Assembly: GCA_963727895.1 (NCBI GenBank)
Contig: CAVSHT010000013.1
Location: forward strand, 96,001 to 160,000
Direction of reading: 5' to 3'
DNA: 64,000 nucleotides
From: an uncultured Methanosarcinaceae archaeon
GTDB taxonomy: Archaea > Halobacteriota > Methanosarcinia > Methanosarcinales > Methanosarcinaceae
Part shown: in pieces, positions 20,413-30,953 of the stretch
How positions within the stretch are numbered: position 1 is the stretch's first letter
Layout of the letters: the number at the start of each line of letters is the position of its first letter
Notes under the pieces: generated by a model
What the model was told of the DNA's origin: nothing
Database searches by the model: none
What the model saw: the letters and a program-made list of their open reading frames with translations, nothing else
Program-made: the position numbers and the translations under genes

Positions 20413-21090
20413 TTATTTATTCTGAGCTTCTTTAACTCCAAGCTCGATAAAACTAATCCAGGTTTCCAGGCTTTCCCAATCATGCTTCGAAGTCAGGATT
20501 ACCGGCACTTTCGGGTTTAAAGAAAGGATGTCATCTCGCATTTTCTCAGCTTCAACATCCACTGCATGTGCAATGTCAACTTTATTTATAACCGCAAGAT
20601 CTGCAGTCTTGAAAATCATAGGGTGCTTCAGGATAATGTCGTCTCCTTCGGTCACACTAACGACTACAACCCTAAGATGCTCTCCAAGTTTGAAGTCCAC
20701 AGGACAGATCAAATTCCCTACGTTCTCAATAAACAGGAGATCAGTATTAGCAAGATCAATTTCATCCAGAGCTTTTTCCACAAGCTTTGCATCTAGATGG
20801 CATTCTTTACCGGTATTCACTGGAATAGTAGGGACATCGAGTTTCCTGAAACGGGAAGAATCCATCTCTGCGATTACATCCCCTGCGATCACGGCTATTC
20901 TATACTTATCTTTGAGTTGCCTGATTGCTTCTTCAATAAGGGTTGTTTTTCCTGAGCCAATTGCTCCCATTACATTTACTGAAAAAACTTGATTTTTGTC
21001 AAGTTTGTTTTGGTTTTTTTCAGCAAGTTTGTCATTTGCTTTGTAGACATCGTGTTCCATATGGATTACATGCATTAACATAAACATCAC
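20413..21090 (-). CDS. hypB: Hydrogenase nickel incorporation GTPase HypB
   Basis: GSGKTT, CHLDA, ENVGNLICP, NKVD. Confidence 0.97.
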   Translation of the reverse strand: MMFMLMHVIHMEHDVYKANDKLAEKNQNKLDKNQVFSVNVMGAIGSGKTTLIEEAIRQLKDKYRIAVIAGDVIAEMDSSRFRKLDVPTIPVNTGKECHLDAKLVEKALDEIDLANTDLLFIENVGNLICPVDFKLGEHLRVVVVSVTEGDDIILKHPMIFKTADLAVINKVDIAHAVDVEAEKMRDDILSLNPKVPVILTSKHDWESLETWISFIELGVKEAQNK

Positions 21091-21122
21091 TTGGAAAATT
21101 CTTTTTAATCATACCTGCTTGG

Positions 21123-21524
21123 TTAATCCTGTTTTTCGGTTTCTATCTCTATACTTTTAATAATCAACTCTCGGCCACCAGTAATACTTGCTTCCTTTCC
21201 ACAGATTGGGCATTCCATGGCTGCTACATAAGCTAGAAGTTCGCTTTGGAACTGACAACTTTCTCGGATCTGTTTTTCATCTATTGTTCCCTTGTACCCG
21301 CATTCGCATTCAAGTGAGGGAGGCACCATTTCCACAATAAGATCCGCATCTTTGGCAATACTTTCATCTGCAAGGACTTTAAAACAGAAACTCAATTGTT
21401 CGGGATTAGTATGCGATAATTTACCCATTTGAAGGGTCACATGCTTGACTTCAGTAGCTCCATGTGCATTGGCCGTGGCCATAACCTGCTCATAAATTTC
21501 ACACGCAATGGAAAGCTCATGCAA
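21123..21524 (-). CDS. hypA: Hydrogenase nickel metallochaperone HypA
   Basis: MHELS N-terminus (TTG start), CEC and CPIC zinc ligands, GREL. Confidence 0.95.
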   Translation of the reverse strand: MHELSIACEIYEQVMATANAHGATEVKHVTLQMGKLSHTNPEQLSFCFKVLADESIAKDADLIVEMVPPSLECECGYKGTIDEKQIRESCQFQSELLAYVAAMECPICGKEASITGGRELIIKSIEIETEKQD

Positions 21525-22635
21525 ACCTGTTACCTCCTTCTCTTGAGTACCTGAACCAGTTGTAACACATGCCTTCCTGACTTACCATACAGGGGCCCGC
21601 AGGGTTTTTGGGGGTACAGTATTTCCCAAAATTAAGGCATTGTGAAGGCTTTGCTTTTCCCGTAAGGATAGCTGCGCAGATACAATTCTTTTTGTCTTTA
21701 CTTCCTGTTTTCGTTCGAACTTCTTCAAGAGCAGAGATATAAAGGTCTTCGTACTTTATTGCGGCGTTTTTTTCCTCAAACTCTTTCCTAAGTGCAAGTC
21801 CTGAATTCTCTATTCTTCCTATGCCTCGCCACTCAGAATCAGAAGTTTCGAACACCTTGTCCATGATTTTTAGAGCAATCTGGTTTCCTTCGGGTTTTAC
21901 AGCTCTTGGATAACCATTTTCTATTCTCGGACTACCTTCCTCTGCCTGCATCTGCAATAGATATATCCCAAGGAGTATATCTGCGGGTTCAAATCCGCTT
22001 ACAACTACAGGAAAACCTTTTTCTGCAAGAGGTTCAAACGGTTTTGTGCCTATTATGGTTGCCACATGCCCTGGAGCTATAAAGGCATCAACTTCTGTAT
22101 CTCTGGCAAGGAGCTCGACTGCAGGAGGAGTTTTCTTCTGCGAAACAAGGAGGCTGAAGTTTTCGGATGTGTATCTTAAAAGAGCGGCAGCATTTGAAGG
22201 AACTGTTGTCTCAAAGCCTATTCCAAAAAAGGCAACTTCAAGTTCGGGTTTCTTCTCTGCAAGGGCAATTGCATCGTCAATGCTGTAGACCATCCTTACA
22301 TCTGCCCCTTCAGACTTAGCGTCCAGCAAACTTTCTGCCGAACCGGGAACTCGCATCATATCTCCAAAGGTGACAACAGTTACTCCACTTTTCGCAAGGG
22401 CGATTGCAACATTTATATCTTCTTCAGGCGTAACACATACAGGGCATCCTGGCCCGCTTATTACCTCGATGTTTTTCGGAAGGATACTCCTTAATCCATA
22501 TTTTGCTATAGTTCGCTCATGAGTTCCGCAAACATGCATTATACGGAGAGGTATCTTCGAACCGTTTATTCTTTCCAGAAGCTTTTTTTCAAACTCAGGG
22601 ACCAATGGCTTTGAAGAGAGATTCCCATTTTCCAT
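21517..22635 (-). CDS. hypD: Hydrogenase formation protein HypD
   Basis: CGTHE, GPGCPVC, GFETT, PGHV, CMVSQEG.C. Confidence 0.97.
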   Translation of the reverse strand: MENGNLSSKPLVPEFEKKLLERINGSKIPLRIMHVCGTHERTIAKYGLRSILPKNIEVISGPGCPVCVTPEEDINVAIALAKSGVTVVTFGDMMRVPGSAESLLDAKSEGADVRMVYSIDDAIALAEKKPELEVAFFGIGFETTVPSNAAALLRYTSENFSLLVSQKKTPPAVELLARDTEVDAFIAPGHVATIIGTKPFEPLAEKGFPVVVSGFEPADILLGIYLLQMQAEEGSPRIENGYPRAVKPEGNQIALKIMDKVFETSDSEWRGIGRIENSGLALRKEFEEKNAAIKYEDLYISALEEVRTKTGSKDKKNCICAAILTGKAKPSQCLNFGKYCTPKNPAGPCMVSQEGMCYNWFRYSREGGNRFA

Positions 22636-22654
22636 TTTTTATCATCATCCGTTT

Positions 22655-22915
22655 TTATGGAGATTCACTTTCGCAGTTATCTATTTCTTCAAGTCCCGCA
22701 ATCTGTCTGAGAAGGTGCATTGTTTCTTCACTTTCTTCTTCTGAGATTTCCGTTATCGCATATCCAACATGGACAAGAAAATGTTTTCCGATTATGGATT
22801 CATTGGCACCGCCCATGAGGTCCATATTGACGTCTCTGCAGACTCCACCCATGTCGATCTTTGCAGTATTCTCATTTACTATGGATATTACTTTTCCAGG
22901 AATAGCTATACACAT
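22655..22915 (-). CDS. hypC: Hydrogenase chaperone HypC
   Basis: MCIAIPG N-terminus (ATG 22915), LVHVGYA. Confidence 0.95.
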   Translation of the reverse strand: MCIAIPGKVISIVNENTAKIDMGGVCRDVNMDLMGGANESIIGKHFLVHVGYAITEISEEESEETMHLLRQIAGLEEIDNCESESP

Positions 22916-23945
22916 GTTTCCTCTAACTCTTTTTTTTCTCAATTATTTATAATCCTTTTTTCCATGAGATAAATCCCTGTATTAAAGTTTTCACAAGAAT
23001 TATTTTATAACAGATATATATTTGCAGGGTATATAAATTTACAGGTTTCAACTGACAAAAACCCTCAGTTATATTTTTAACTAGTTAAACAGCTTCTATT
23101 GCCTTACCTGTTTATACTTTCCTACTGCTGATCCTGACTATCTATTTTTTATTACTTCACTTGCCGCAAATAGAAAAATGAAGATATAGTGAACAAGAAC
23201 TGGATTCTACATTTTGGGCAAACATATTGTCAAAAATTGTTTTTTGAGGTTTTATAGTTCTATATTATAATCTTTTTGTTTTTTTATTTTGCACCAATTA
23301 TTTAAAAATGTTTTTGTATTATATTGAACTTGCTGTAGAAGTGCTTTAGAAAAAGTTCTAAATTTTTCTTTTAATCATATTCTATAATAATATCACTTGT
23401 TCTACGATTTTAGACAAATAAACAGACTTATTAGCATTCTTTTTCATATTGAGTTTTTAAAAAGCGCTCTTTTCCAGGCACTACAGATTAAAGTTGATAA
23501 AGCAAATTCGACATAAAAATTCCTCATAGATTAAAAGGACCAAATAATCCACGTTTCATGAGACTTCAAACGAGGTCAATAGTCATAATACCAAAAATAT
23601 ATAATTATGATATAACTTTATCGGAAACATATGACATTTTAAATTATATATATCAGTGTGATTTTATTTATTCTTTCAAAATGAGTTTGTGTAGCGTTTA
23701 AGTACTATAAAGTACATGATTGGGCATTCAACTACATTATTTATTTAATTAGTTTTTTATATATCTCGTCAAACTGTTTATCTTCAACGCAGCCAATAAA
23801 TATATTTATCGACTTGTGTAAAAAACCTTAAATACTATTCCCTCATTGAAAAACATTAGTTGTAAATTTATGTATACATTTATATAATTACGATGGACAA
23901 TTATTAACACTCTTTCAAATGTATAAATTTGGGTAAAATCAAGAT

Positions 23946-25106
23946 GTGGTAGAGATGAGTACTGGAATCAAAAATCTTGTCCATACACTGGACAGTGTGG
24001 ACTTTTTAAAAATGGACCGACGCACTTTCATGAAAGCTGTAGGTGCAATGGGTGCAGCTCTATTCTTGGACACTTATGGAGCTCAAATGGCAAGTGCGAT
24101 TGAGTTCGCAGAGACAAAGGTTCTTTGGATCCACGGTTCCGAATGTACCGGCTGTTCCGAATCAGTCTTAAATGCTGGCAATCCTGACATAGTACAGGCA
24201 CTACAAAAGCTTAATGTCAATCTTGCCTACCATGAGACTCTTTGTGCACAGCAGGGAATCTGGAATGATGGTAAGCTTGTAAACACCTCTGAGCTTAACT
24301 CCGAAATTCTCCAGGAAGAAATCTATAAAGAAGGAAAGTATATCCTGGTCGTTGAAGGCTCAATTCCAAATGGTCCGGATGGTTCAGGACGATACCTGGT
24401 TATTGGAAACAAACCTTTCAAACAAACCCTTGGAGAGGCTGCAAAGAATGCTACTGCTGTCATTGCAGTTGGAGCCTGTGCTTGCTGGGGAGGAATTACC
24501 AGTGCAGACAGCGATATTGCCAAAGATACGGACTATAGAGGAGTAGCATTTGCAAAAACCGATGCATCAAAAGGCATGCTTAAAGAACTTGGCATCGATA
24601 AGCCCGTAATTAACATTCCGGGTTGTCCTTCTCATCCTGATTGGGTACTTCTTACCCTGGGTGCAGTTATCCTTGGAAAGATCAAGCTAAACGATCTCTC
24701 ATCCGTTCTGGACGAGTACAACAGGCCAAAAGTTTTCTTCCCTCCAGACCATGTTGTCCATGACAACTGTCCTCGCCGCGGATACTATGACCGTGGAGAG
24801 CTTGATGAAGAGATTGGTGGGCCAGGATGTCTGTGGAAACTTGGATGTAAAGCTCCTTATGCCCATGCAGACTGTGCAATCCGCAGATGGAATGGTTCAG
24901 TAAGTATGTGTACACAGGCAGGAGGTCCCTGTATTAATTGTGTGGATCCTGAATTCCCTGACGGTTCAAGGCCTCTGTTTGTAGAAGCTGAAGATAAAGG
25001 CGTAGTTCTCGGAGCGAACATTGATACCGTGGCCAAGGTCGCAATCGGTGCATCTGTAGTTGCTGCGGGTGTACATGCCGTTAGGAGAATGGGAAAAGGA
25101 GAGTGA
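23946..25106 (+). CDS. vhtG: Methanophenazine-reducing (F420-nonreducing) hydrogenase small subunit
   Basis: Tat motif DRRTFMK, ECTGC, GACA, PGCP, HDNC..R, C-terminal TM anchor. Confidence 0.93.
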   Translation: MVEMSTGIKNLVHTLDSVDFLKMDRRTFMKAVGAMGAALFLDTYGAQMASAIEFAETKVLWIHGSECTGCSESVLNAGNPDIVQALQKLNVNLAYHETLCAQQGIWNDGKLVNTSELNSEILQEEIYKEGKYILVVEGSIPNGPDGSGRYLVIGNKPFKQTLGEAAKNATAVIAVGACACWGGITSADSDIAKDTDYRGVAFAKTDASKGMLKELGIDKPVINIPGCPSHPDWVLLTLGAVILGKIKLNDLSSVLDEYNRPKVFFPPDHVVHDNCPRRGYYDRGELDEEIGGPGCLWKLGCKAPYAHADCAIRRWNGSVSMCTQAGGPCINCVDPEFPDGSRPLFVEAEDKGVVLGANIDTVAKVAIGASVVAAGVHAVRRMGKGE

Positions 25107-25113
25107 GTGAAAA

Positions 25114-26886
25114 ATGGTAAACGTTACAGTAGATCCCTTAACCAGAATTGAAGGCCACCAACGCATATCCGCTGAAGTTGATGCTGACGGTAAGATTACC
25201 GATGCACAGTCATCTTCCCTTATATTCAGGGGTTTTGAACGCATTCTGCAGAAACAGGACCCAAGAGATGCGGCTTTTCTTACGCAGAGAATTTGTGGTG
25301 TATGTCCTCTTGCTCATGGATTAACAGCCACAAATGCTCTTGACGATCTTTATGGCGTGGCTGATCAAGTTCCAAAAGACGCCCTGATGATGAGGAACAT
25401 TTTCCAGGGTCTGAACATGGTTGCAAGCCATGCAACTCACATATATGTTCTCTTTGGTCCTGACCTTGCAAACCCAGCATACAAAAATGTCCTTACAACG
25501 CTGGGAGACACCGGAAACGCAGTCTGGAAAGAGCTGGTCGGAAGGTTTGCCCCAATCAGCTACAAGATGGATGGTGTGGCTGTACCTGTGGGAAGCTCCT
25601 ATCTTGCAGCAATTCCTGAGAAGAAACGCCTTCAGGAAGCTATTGCACTCATTGCCGGTAGAATGCCCGGTCCATCAACTCTTTACCCAGGTGGATATGC
25701 CTACCCGGCTACTGTTGCAGATGTGACCAAACTTGCCTCTTATTATCTGCAGGTCATGGACTTCGTATCCAAACACACTCTGAAAGTTGATTTCGATACC
25801 TGGATCCAAAATACCTATAAGGCAACTTCTCCTCAAAAAGCAGTAAGCTTTGTTACTGAACACCTGACTGACCTCGTTAACAAATCAAAGAACAATGACT
25901 TCTCCAAAGATGCAGGTTGGGGAGATGTGGAATTCTATGCAGCGTTTGGTTCAGAACTCGTAGGAGAAAAACTTCTTGGTCTTCCAGCAAGCCTTAAACA
26001 TGATACAATCGGTGGGTACAAAGACCCCTCAAAGATCTGTTTCGTTGCATACGGTGGATATTACAAATACAAAGACGGATACGACCCAAGGAGTCCTGCA
26101 GGAGACCGCATTTTCACTTCAGGTGTGGTAACAGGAAATCTCGAATATCAGAAATTTGATCCAGATAAAGTTACGGAGAGTACTGCTCACTCCTTCTACC
26201 AGAACAGTGCTAACGACCTCGCACCAGCAAAAGGTGAAACCGTTCCATATACGGATGCAAATAAAATCGCCTTCACAGGAGGTTCAAATAGCCAGTACAG
26301 CTGGGATAAAGCTCCAAGATACAATGGAATCCCAGGTGAAGTTGGACCTCTTGCACGCATGTTAAATATAAAAGAACCACTTGTAACTGGTCTGGCTCAA
26401 ACCTTTGCTGAGAAAGGTTACTCTGCAGCTAATGTTTACACCAGAATGTTAGCTCGTATGCAGGAAATGGCAATTCTCGCATATGAACTTCTCAACTGGG
26501 TGACAGTTGACTATACACCGGGAGGCAAAATTTCCGTGCCTATAGACCTTAATGCCGCTAAAAATAATCAGGGACTGGGTCTCTGGGAAGCACCTCGTGG
26601 AGCCCTTGGTCACTGGATCTCTGCTGGCAGCGATGGAAAGGTTTCCAACTATCAGGCTATAGTTCCAGGTAGCTGGTTAATGTCTCCAAGAGACAGCAAA
26701 GGCATTCCTGGTCCACTAGAACAGTCTCTCATTGGTTCAAAAATTAACCCAGTTGGAAATGTCGATTATACCAATCCAGTTGGTATCTTCCATATGGGCA
26801 GGTCCTATGATCCTTGCATTTCATGTGCAGTCCACACCATTGACCTGACTGGAAAGAACGCTCCAAATACTCTAAGAATACTTTAA
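25114..26886 (+). CDS. vhtA: [NiFe] hydrogenase large subunit
   Basis: RIEGH, RICGVC (L1), DPCISCAVH (L2) plus a cleavable C-terminal tail. Confidence 0.95.
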   Translation: MVNVTVDPLTRIEGHQRISAEVDADGKITDAQSSSLIFRGFERILQKQDPRDAAFLTQRICGVCPLAHGLTATNALDDLYGVADQVPKDALMMRNIFQGLNMVASHATHIYVLFGPDLANPAYKNVLTTLGDTGNAVWKELVGRFAPISYKMDGVAVPVGSSYLAAIPEKKRLQEAIALIAGRMPGPSTLYPGGYAYPATVADVTKLASYYLQVMDFVSKHTLKVDFDTWIQNTYKATSPQKAVSFVTEHLTDLVNKSKNNDFSKDAGWGDVEFYAAFGSELVGEKLLGLPASLKHDTIGGYKDPSKICFVAYGGYYKYKDGYDPRSPAGDRIFTSGVVTGNLEYQKFDPDKVTESTAHSFYQNSANDLAPAKGETVPYTDANKIAFTGGSNSQYSWDKAPRYNGIPGEVGPLARMLNIKEPLVTGLAQTFAEKGYSAANVYTRMLARMQEMAILAYELLNWVTVDYTPGGKISVPIDLNAAKNNQGLGLWEAPRGALGHWISAGSDGKVSNYQAIVPGSWLMSPRDSKGIPGPLEQSLIGSKINPVGNVDYTNPVGIFHMGRSYDPCISCAVHTIDLTGKNAPNTLRIL

Positions 26887-26912
26887 GTATAATACAAGGG
26901 AGATGACCCATA

Positions 26913-27671
26913 ATGAAATCAAATAACAACCAGTCAATGGTTGTTGAGCGCTATACCGTTCCTGACAGGATAGCTCATACTGTACATGTCATAACGATGC
27001 TGGTGCTCATCATCACCGGGTTAAAAATCTATATGGGATGGAGCTTTATGAGTTTCCATACTGCTCGTGGTCTTCACATGATAATGGTCCCGTTCCTGCT
27101 TGCAGTGAACTGGATCCTTATCCCTTACAACATCTTCTCTGAAGGCCATGGGTTAATGGGAAAAATATCCCACTTCATAGATACTTATATTTTTTTGCCT
27201 AAAGATGCAGTGCGTCTGGCTAAGGGAATTTTCAGCAAGGGTAGCAAGTATCCAGCGTTTAGTATCTATGATGAAGAAACAGGCCACTACAAAAACAAAC
27301 TTCACCCTTTAATGAAGGTCTTAATCCCAATTGAAGGTCTGGCCCTCTTCTTAATTGCGCTTTCGGGTATTGTTCTGTACAAGCTTGACTGGTCGCTCTT
27401 TGGCCTTCCAATAGCTTCATGGATCCTGTCTGTAGGAAATATTATTGCACCGATATTCAATATGAATTCCTTGGAGTTCCTCAGGACTGTTCACCTGTTA
27501 ATGACTTACTGGTTTATCTTTGAATTGGTAGTGCATGTTGGTATTCTGGAATTTGATCCTCATGTTTGGAAGTATTACAAAGCTATCTTCCTGACAGGAA
27601 AAGAAGATTTCTCAGATACTCATTACTCCGAGAGTATGACAAAGTATTTCCCTACAGAGGAAAGGCCCTGA
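26913..27671 (+). CDS. vhtC: Hydrogenase cytochrome b subunit
   Basis: TM helices with conserved His residues; operon position. Confidence 0.9.
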   Translation: MKSNNNQSMVVERYTVPDRIAHTVHVITMLVLIITGLKIYMGWSFMSFHTARGLHMIMVPFLLAVNWILIPYNIFSEGHGLMGKISHFIDTYIFLPKDAVRLAKGIFSKGSKYPAFSIYDEETGHYKNKLHPLMKVLIPIEGLALFLIALSGIVLYKLDWSLFGLPIASWILSVGNIIAPIFNMNSLEFLRTVHLLMTYWFIFELVVHVGILEFDPHVWKYYKAIFLTGKEDFSDTHYSESMTKYFPTEERP

Positions 27672-27765
27672 AAATCTCTAAAGAAAATATTAAATTTAAG
27701 GTAGTATAGGCATGTTGAAAAGCCTGTACACACCTTTTAACTTCTTTTTTTGTTTGAGTGAAAAT

Positions 27766-28251
27766 ATGTCTATACTAAATACTCCTGTTCGCATTCTTGG
27801 CTTTGGAAGTCCATTAATGGGAAATGATGGTGTTGGGCTTAAAGTCATTGAAGCTCTTCAAAAAACCGAACTGAAAGACCTCAAAGATCTTGATATTGTA
27901 GACGCAGGGGTATGTGGACTTGACCTTTTGAATCTTCTCGATGGCGCCAGGAAGGTCATTATAGTTGACGCAATTTTAGCTAACAGCTCTCTCGGTTCAG
28001 TCCATCGTATAGAAGGAAAAGATCTACTGGCTGGCACTGAATTTCACCCTCTGATTTCGGTACATGACCTTACAGTTACAGATGTATTGAAAATAGGGGA
28101 ACATGTACAGTCGCTTCCGGAAATTGTGGTCATTGGGATTGAGATAGGATCAATTGTCACGGAAGCTACGCAAGAAATCAGTCCAGATGTCCTTAAAGGT
28201 ATGAATAAAGCCATAAAGCTCATAAGGGAAGAGATTTCTCAATCATTATAA
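27766..28251 (+). CDS. vhtD: Hydrogenase maturation protease
   Basis: G.GSPLMGNDGVG, IIVDA, SVH motifs. Start ATG 27766 (track start 27712). Confidence 0.92.
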   Translation: MSILNTPVRILGFGSPLMGNDGVGLKVIEALQKTELKDLKDLDIVDAGVCGLDLLNLLDGARKVIIVDAILANSSLGSVHRIEGKDLLAGTEFHPLISVHDLTVTDVLKIGEHVQSLPEIVVIGIEIGSIVTEATQEISPDVLKGMNKAIKLIREEISQSL

Positions 28252-28398
28252 TTATTTTTATTAAATATACTTTAATTTTATTAAATGTACTTTGGTTTCG
28301 GTCTATTTTTTCGTTTTTCCAATTAATCGATATCATGAATTCGAGCGAAAAAATAAAGAAAGATAATGCTGTTACTAAGGCTTTTTTTCTTTTAATGA

Positions 28399-29494
28399 TT
28401 ATTCGGATTTTCCCGGCACCCAGTTGCTATAGAGTTTTCCACTCAATTAAAGAGTTTTCACTGTCGGTTTCGATGTAAAATCTCCATATAAAGGGTTCTT
28501 CTATTGCTGAGAATTCAAAATCTACAAGTGTATCAGGTAAAAGTACAGATTCTTTTGCTTCTCCTGTATTTGTTTTTATTGTAATGCTTGACTCCTTGAC
28601 ATTAAGGTTACGTACTTCAAGACGCACGGATGTTCCAGCCTCAGCTTCAAAAGAAGAATCACTCCCACTCCAGTTCCTGCAGCATGGAATTTGCGTCCCT
28701 GACTATCAACAGTATGAGGTAGTCGAGTTATAGGTGGAGTTATGGGTTTGGTCACGTGAACCGGAGTTTGTTCAAGCGGAACAGCCTGTGTCGCCAGAAT
28801 TGGAGGTCTTGCCACCGGTACTTCAGGTATTTTGATTGTAGGTGCTTCTACCCTTACCCTTGGAGCCTTAGGTGCCTTTAACGACTGGATTTCAGGTGCC
28901 CTTACAAGGTCCTCTACTGGAGATGCCCTTACAAGGTCCTACTGGAGATGCCCTTACAAGGTCCTACTGGAGATGCCCTTACAAGGTCCTACTGGAGATG
29001 CCCTTACAAGGTCCTACTGGAGATGCCCTTACAAGGTCCTACTGGAGATGCCCTTACAAGGTTCTACTGGAGATGCCCTTACAAGGTCCTACTGGAGATG
29101 CCCTTGGTGTCTGAACCGGAGATTCCGAAGATAATGGAGTTGGAACCTCTGAAATATATGGTTCAGTTGTTGGTAAAGCCGAAGGTTCGGGTACTCCAGT
29201 GATAAATTCCTCATCCAAACTTTCTATAGTCTCTGACCTTATTACTCCATCAACCTTTAGTCCTCGCGACTCTTGGTAACTTCTAAAAGCCAGCTCGGTT
29301 TCATCACCAAAGATGCCATTAGCACCAACCCCGGGTACAGGAAAATCAAGAAATATCAGTGCCTGCTGAATTTTCCTCATTGCAGAGCCATGATCTCCTT
29401 TTTGGAGAACTCTTTCATTGTCATAACATGCCTCCAGAACTTCATCGCTTGCAAATCTCGACGACCTTAAGTCGTGACCATCCCCAATAGTCAT
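28399..29494 (-). pseudogene. Peptidoglycan-binding-domain protein with Pro-rich linker, broken by a repeat array and two more frameshifts
   Basis: N-terminal PG_binding_1 pattern (LQKGDHG..IQQAL..ANGIFG..T..YQ..GLKVDG). Fragments 29054-29494, 28576-28815 and 28427-28627 join across frameshifts. Confidence 0.8.
28899..29105. repeat. Tandem array: one 27-bp unit plus seven 25-bp units (CCCTTACAAGGTCCTACTGGAGATG)
   Basis: Units at 28899-28925 (27 bp) and 28926-29100 (7x25 bp, one with a C>T change); no spacers. Confidence 0.97.
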
Positions 29495-29765
29495 ATTTTA
29501 TCCCCCATATGTGCTGCATAGTTCTTCCCTTAGATAAAACACTATAATGTTACTAACCTTAAAATTTCAATAAATAAAATAGTAATATTAAAATATATAA
29601 GTTTTTAGAAAATAATGTTTATTAAATGTAATCATAAAGATGTGATAGCCTTTAATATATTGGAGTCTATTTTTTTATAAATAATTAGATAAATATTATA
29701 TGTAACATGGGGGGAGTGGAACGGATAATGAAAACTTACTTGAAAAGTTTCAAAATCTCGATTTT

Positions 29766-30953
29766 ATGAAAATGGATAGACGGACTTTTATAAAAGCTGT
29801 TGGGATGTTAGGAGCCTCGTTTTTTTTACAAACATATAAAAGTGATATAGCAAAAGCCCTTCAACTTTCAGAAACTAAAGTGTTATGGCTTCATGGGGTA
29901 ATGGATAGTGGCTGTACTATATCAATGCTGGATGGAGGATCTCCTGATATCATAGAATTCCTTCAGGAGTATAACCTCAAACTTCTCTATCACGAAGTCT
30001 TGATGATGCAGCAGGGAATTTTCGTAGACGGGAAACTTGCAAATACCAGTGACCTTAATTCTGAAATTCTGCTGGATGAGATATTGGAAAAAGATCAGAG
30101 TTATGTACTGGTCTCTGAAGGAGCAGTTTCAAATGGACCTCAAGGTTCCGGTAAATATCTTATGCTTGGGGGAAAACCCTACAAGGATATTTATGCAAAA
30201 GCTGCAAAAAATGCCTCAGTAATTATTGCAATTGGAAATTGTGCGACTAATGGTGGAGTGAACGCTGCTAAGAGCGAGATAGCTGAACTCCTGGATCCAC
30301 GTGGAATTGCTTTTACTATGGAAGATTATTCAAAGGGAATTTTAGGTATCCTTGACATCAAAAAACCTGTAATTAATCTTAGTGGTTGCCCCACTCATCC
30401 AGACTGGGTTTTTTTGACAATAGGTGCAGTTGTTCTGGGAAAGATAAAGGTACCAGATGATTTGTCTTCTGTGCTGGATCACTGGAAACGGCCAAAAGTT
30501 TTCTTCCCGCCTGACCACGTTATTCATGATAACTGTTCCCGTCGCGGATACTATGACCGTGGAGAATTTGAGCTGACAGTGGGCGGACCCAAATGCCTCT
30601 GGAAATTGGGATGTAAGGGGCCTTATACCCATGCAGACTGTGCTACTCGCCACTGGAACGGTCATCTTAATTTCTGTCCTCAGGCGGGTTCTCCATGTAT
30701 TGGCTGCGTTCAACCAGGCTTCCCAGATAGCACCAGACCTTTTTTTGTGGAAATTGAAAAAACAGGAATTGTGGGCACGAATATCACTACTGTAGCTGGA
30801 GTGGCAATAGGAGGTGCATTACTTGCCGCAGGTGCTCACGCTGTAAGAAGAACTGTCATGAAAAGACCTGAGGACGAGGGGGAGATTGCAAAAGAAAGCA
30901 TTCCAGAAGAAACGGGAGAGGAAACAGGAGAAGAAACAGGAGGTGAACAATAA
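29766..30953 (+). CDS. vhxG: Second membrane hydrogenase small subunit (Vhx)
   Basis: Paralog of vhtG with Tat motif DRRTFIK. First CxxC is replaced by DSGC. May start upstream at ACG 29721. Confidence 0.88.
   Translation: MKMDRRTFIKAVGMLGASFFLQTYKSDIAKALQLSETKVLWLHGVMDSGCTISMLDGGSPDIIEFLQEYNLKLLYHEVLMMQQGIFVDGKLANTSDLNSEILLDEILEKDQSYVLVSEGAVSNGPQGSGKYLMLGGKPYKDIYAKAAKNASVIIAIGNCATNGGVNAAKSEIAELLDPRGIAFTMEDYSKGILGILDIKKPVINLSGCPTHPDWVFLTIGAVVLGKIKVPDDLSSVLDHWKRPKVFFPPDHVIHDNCSRRGYYDRGEFELTVGGPKCLWKLGCKGPYTHADCATRHWNGHLNFCPQAGSPCIGCVQPGFPDSTRPFFVEIEKTGIVGTNITTVAGVAIGGALLAAGAHAVRRTVMKRPEDEGEIAKESIPEETGEETGEETGGEQ

Noticed and set aside
28899..29105. CRISPR array
   Set aside because: Units are head-to-tail with no unique spacers, derive from coding sequence, and no cas genes are present.
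28832..29202. Three overlapping plus-strand ORFs with repeated peptides
   Set aside because: Artefacts of the 25-bp array cycling through frames; the real gene is on the minus strand.
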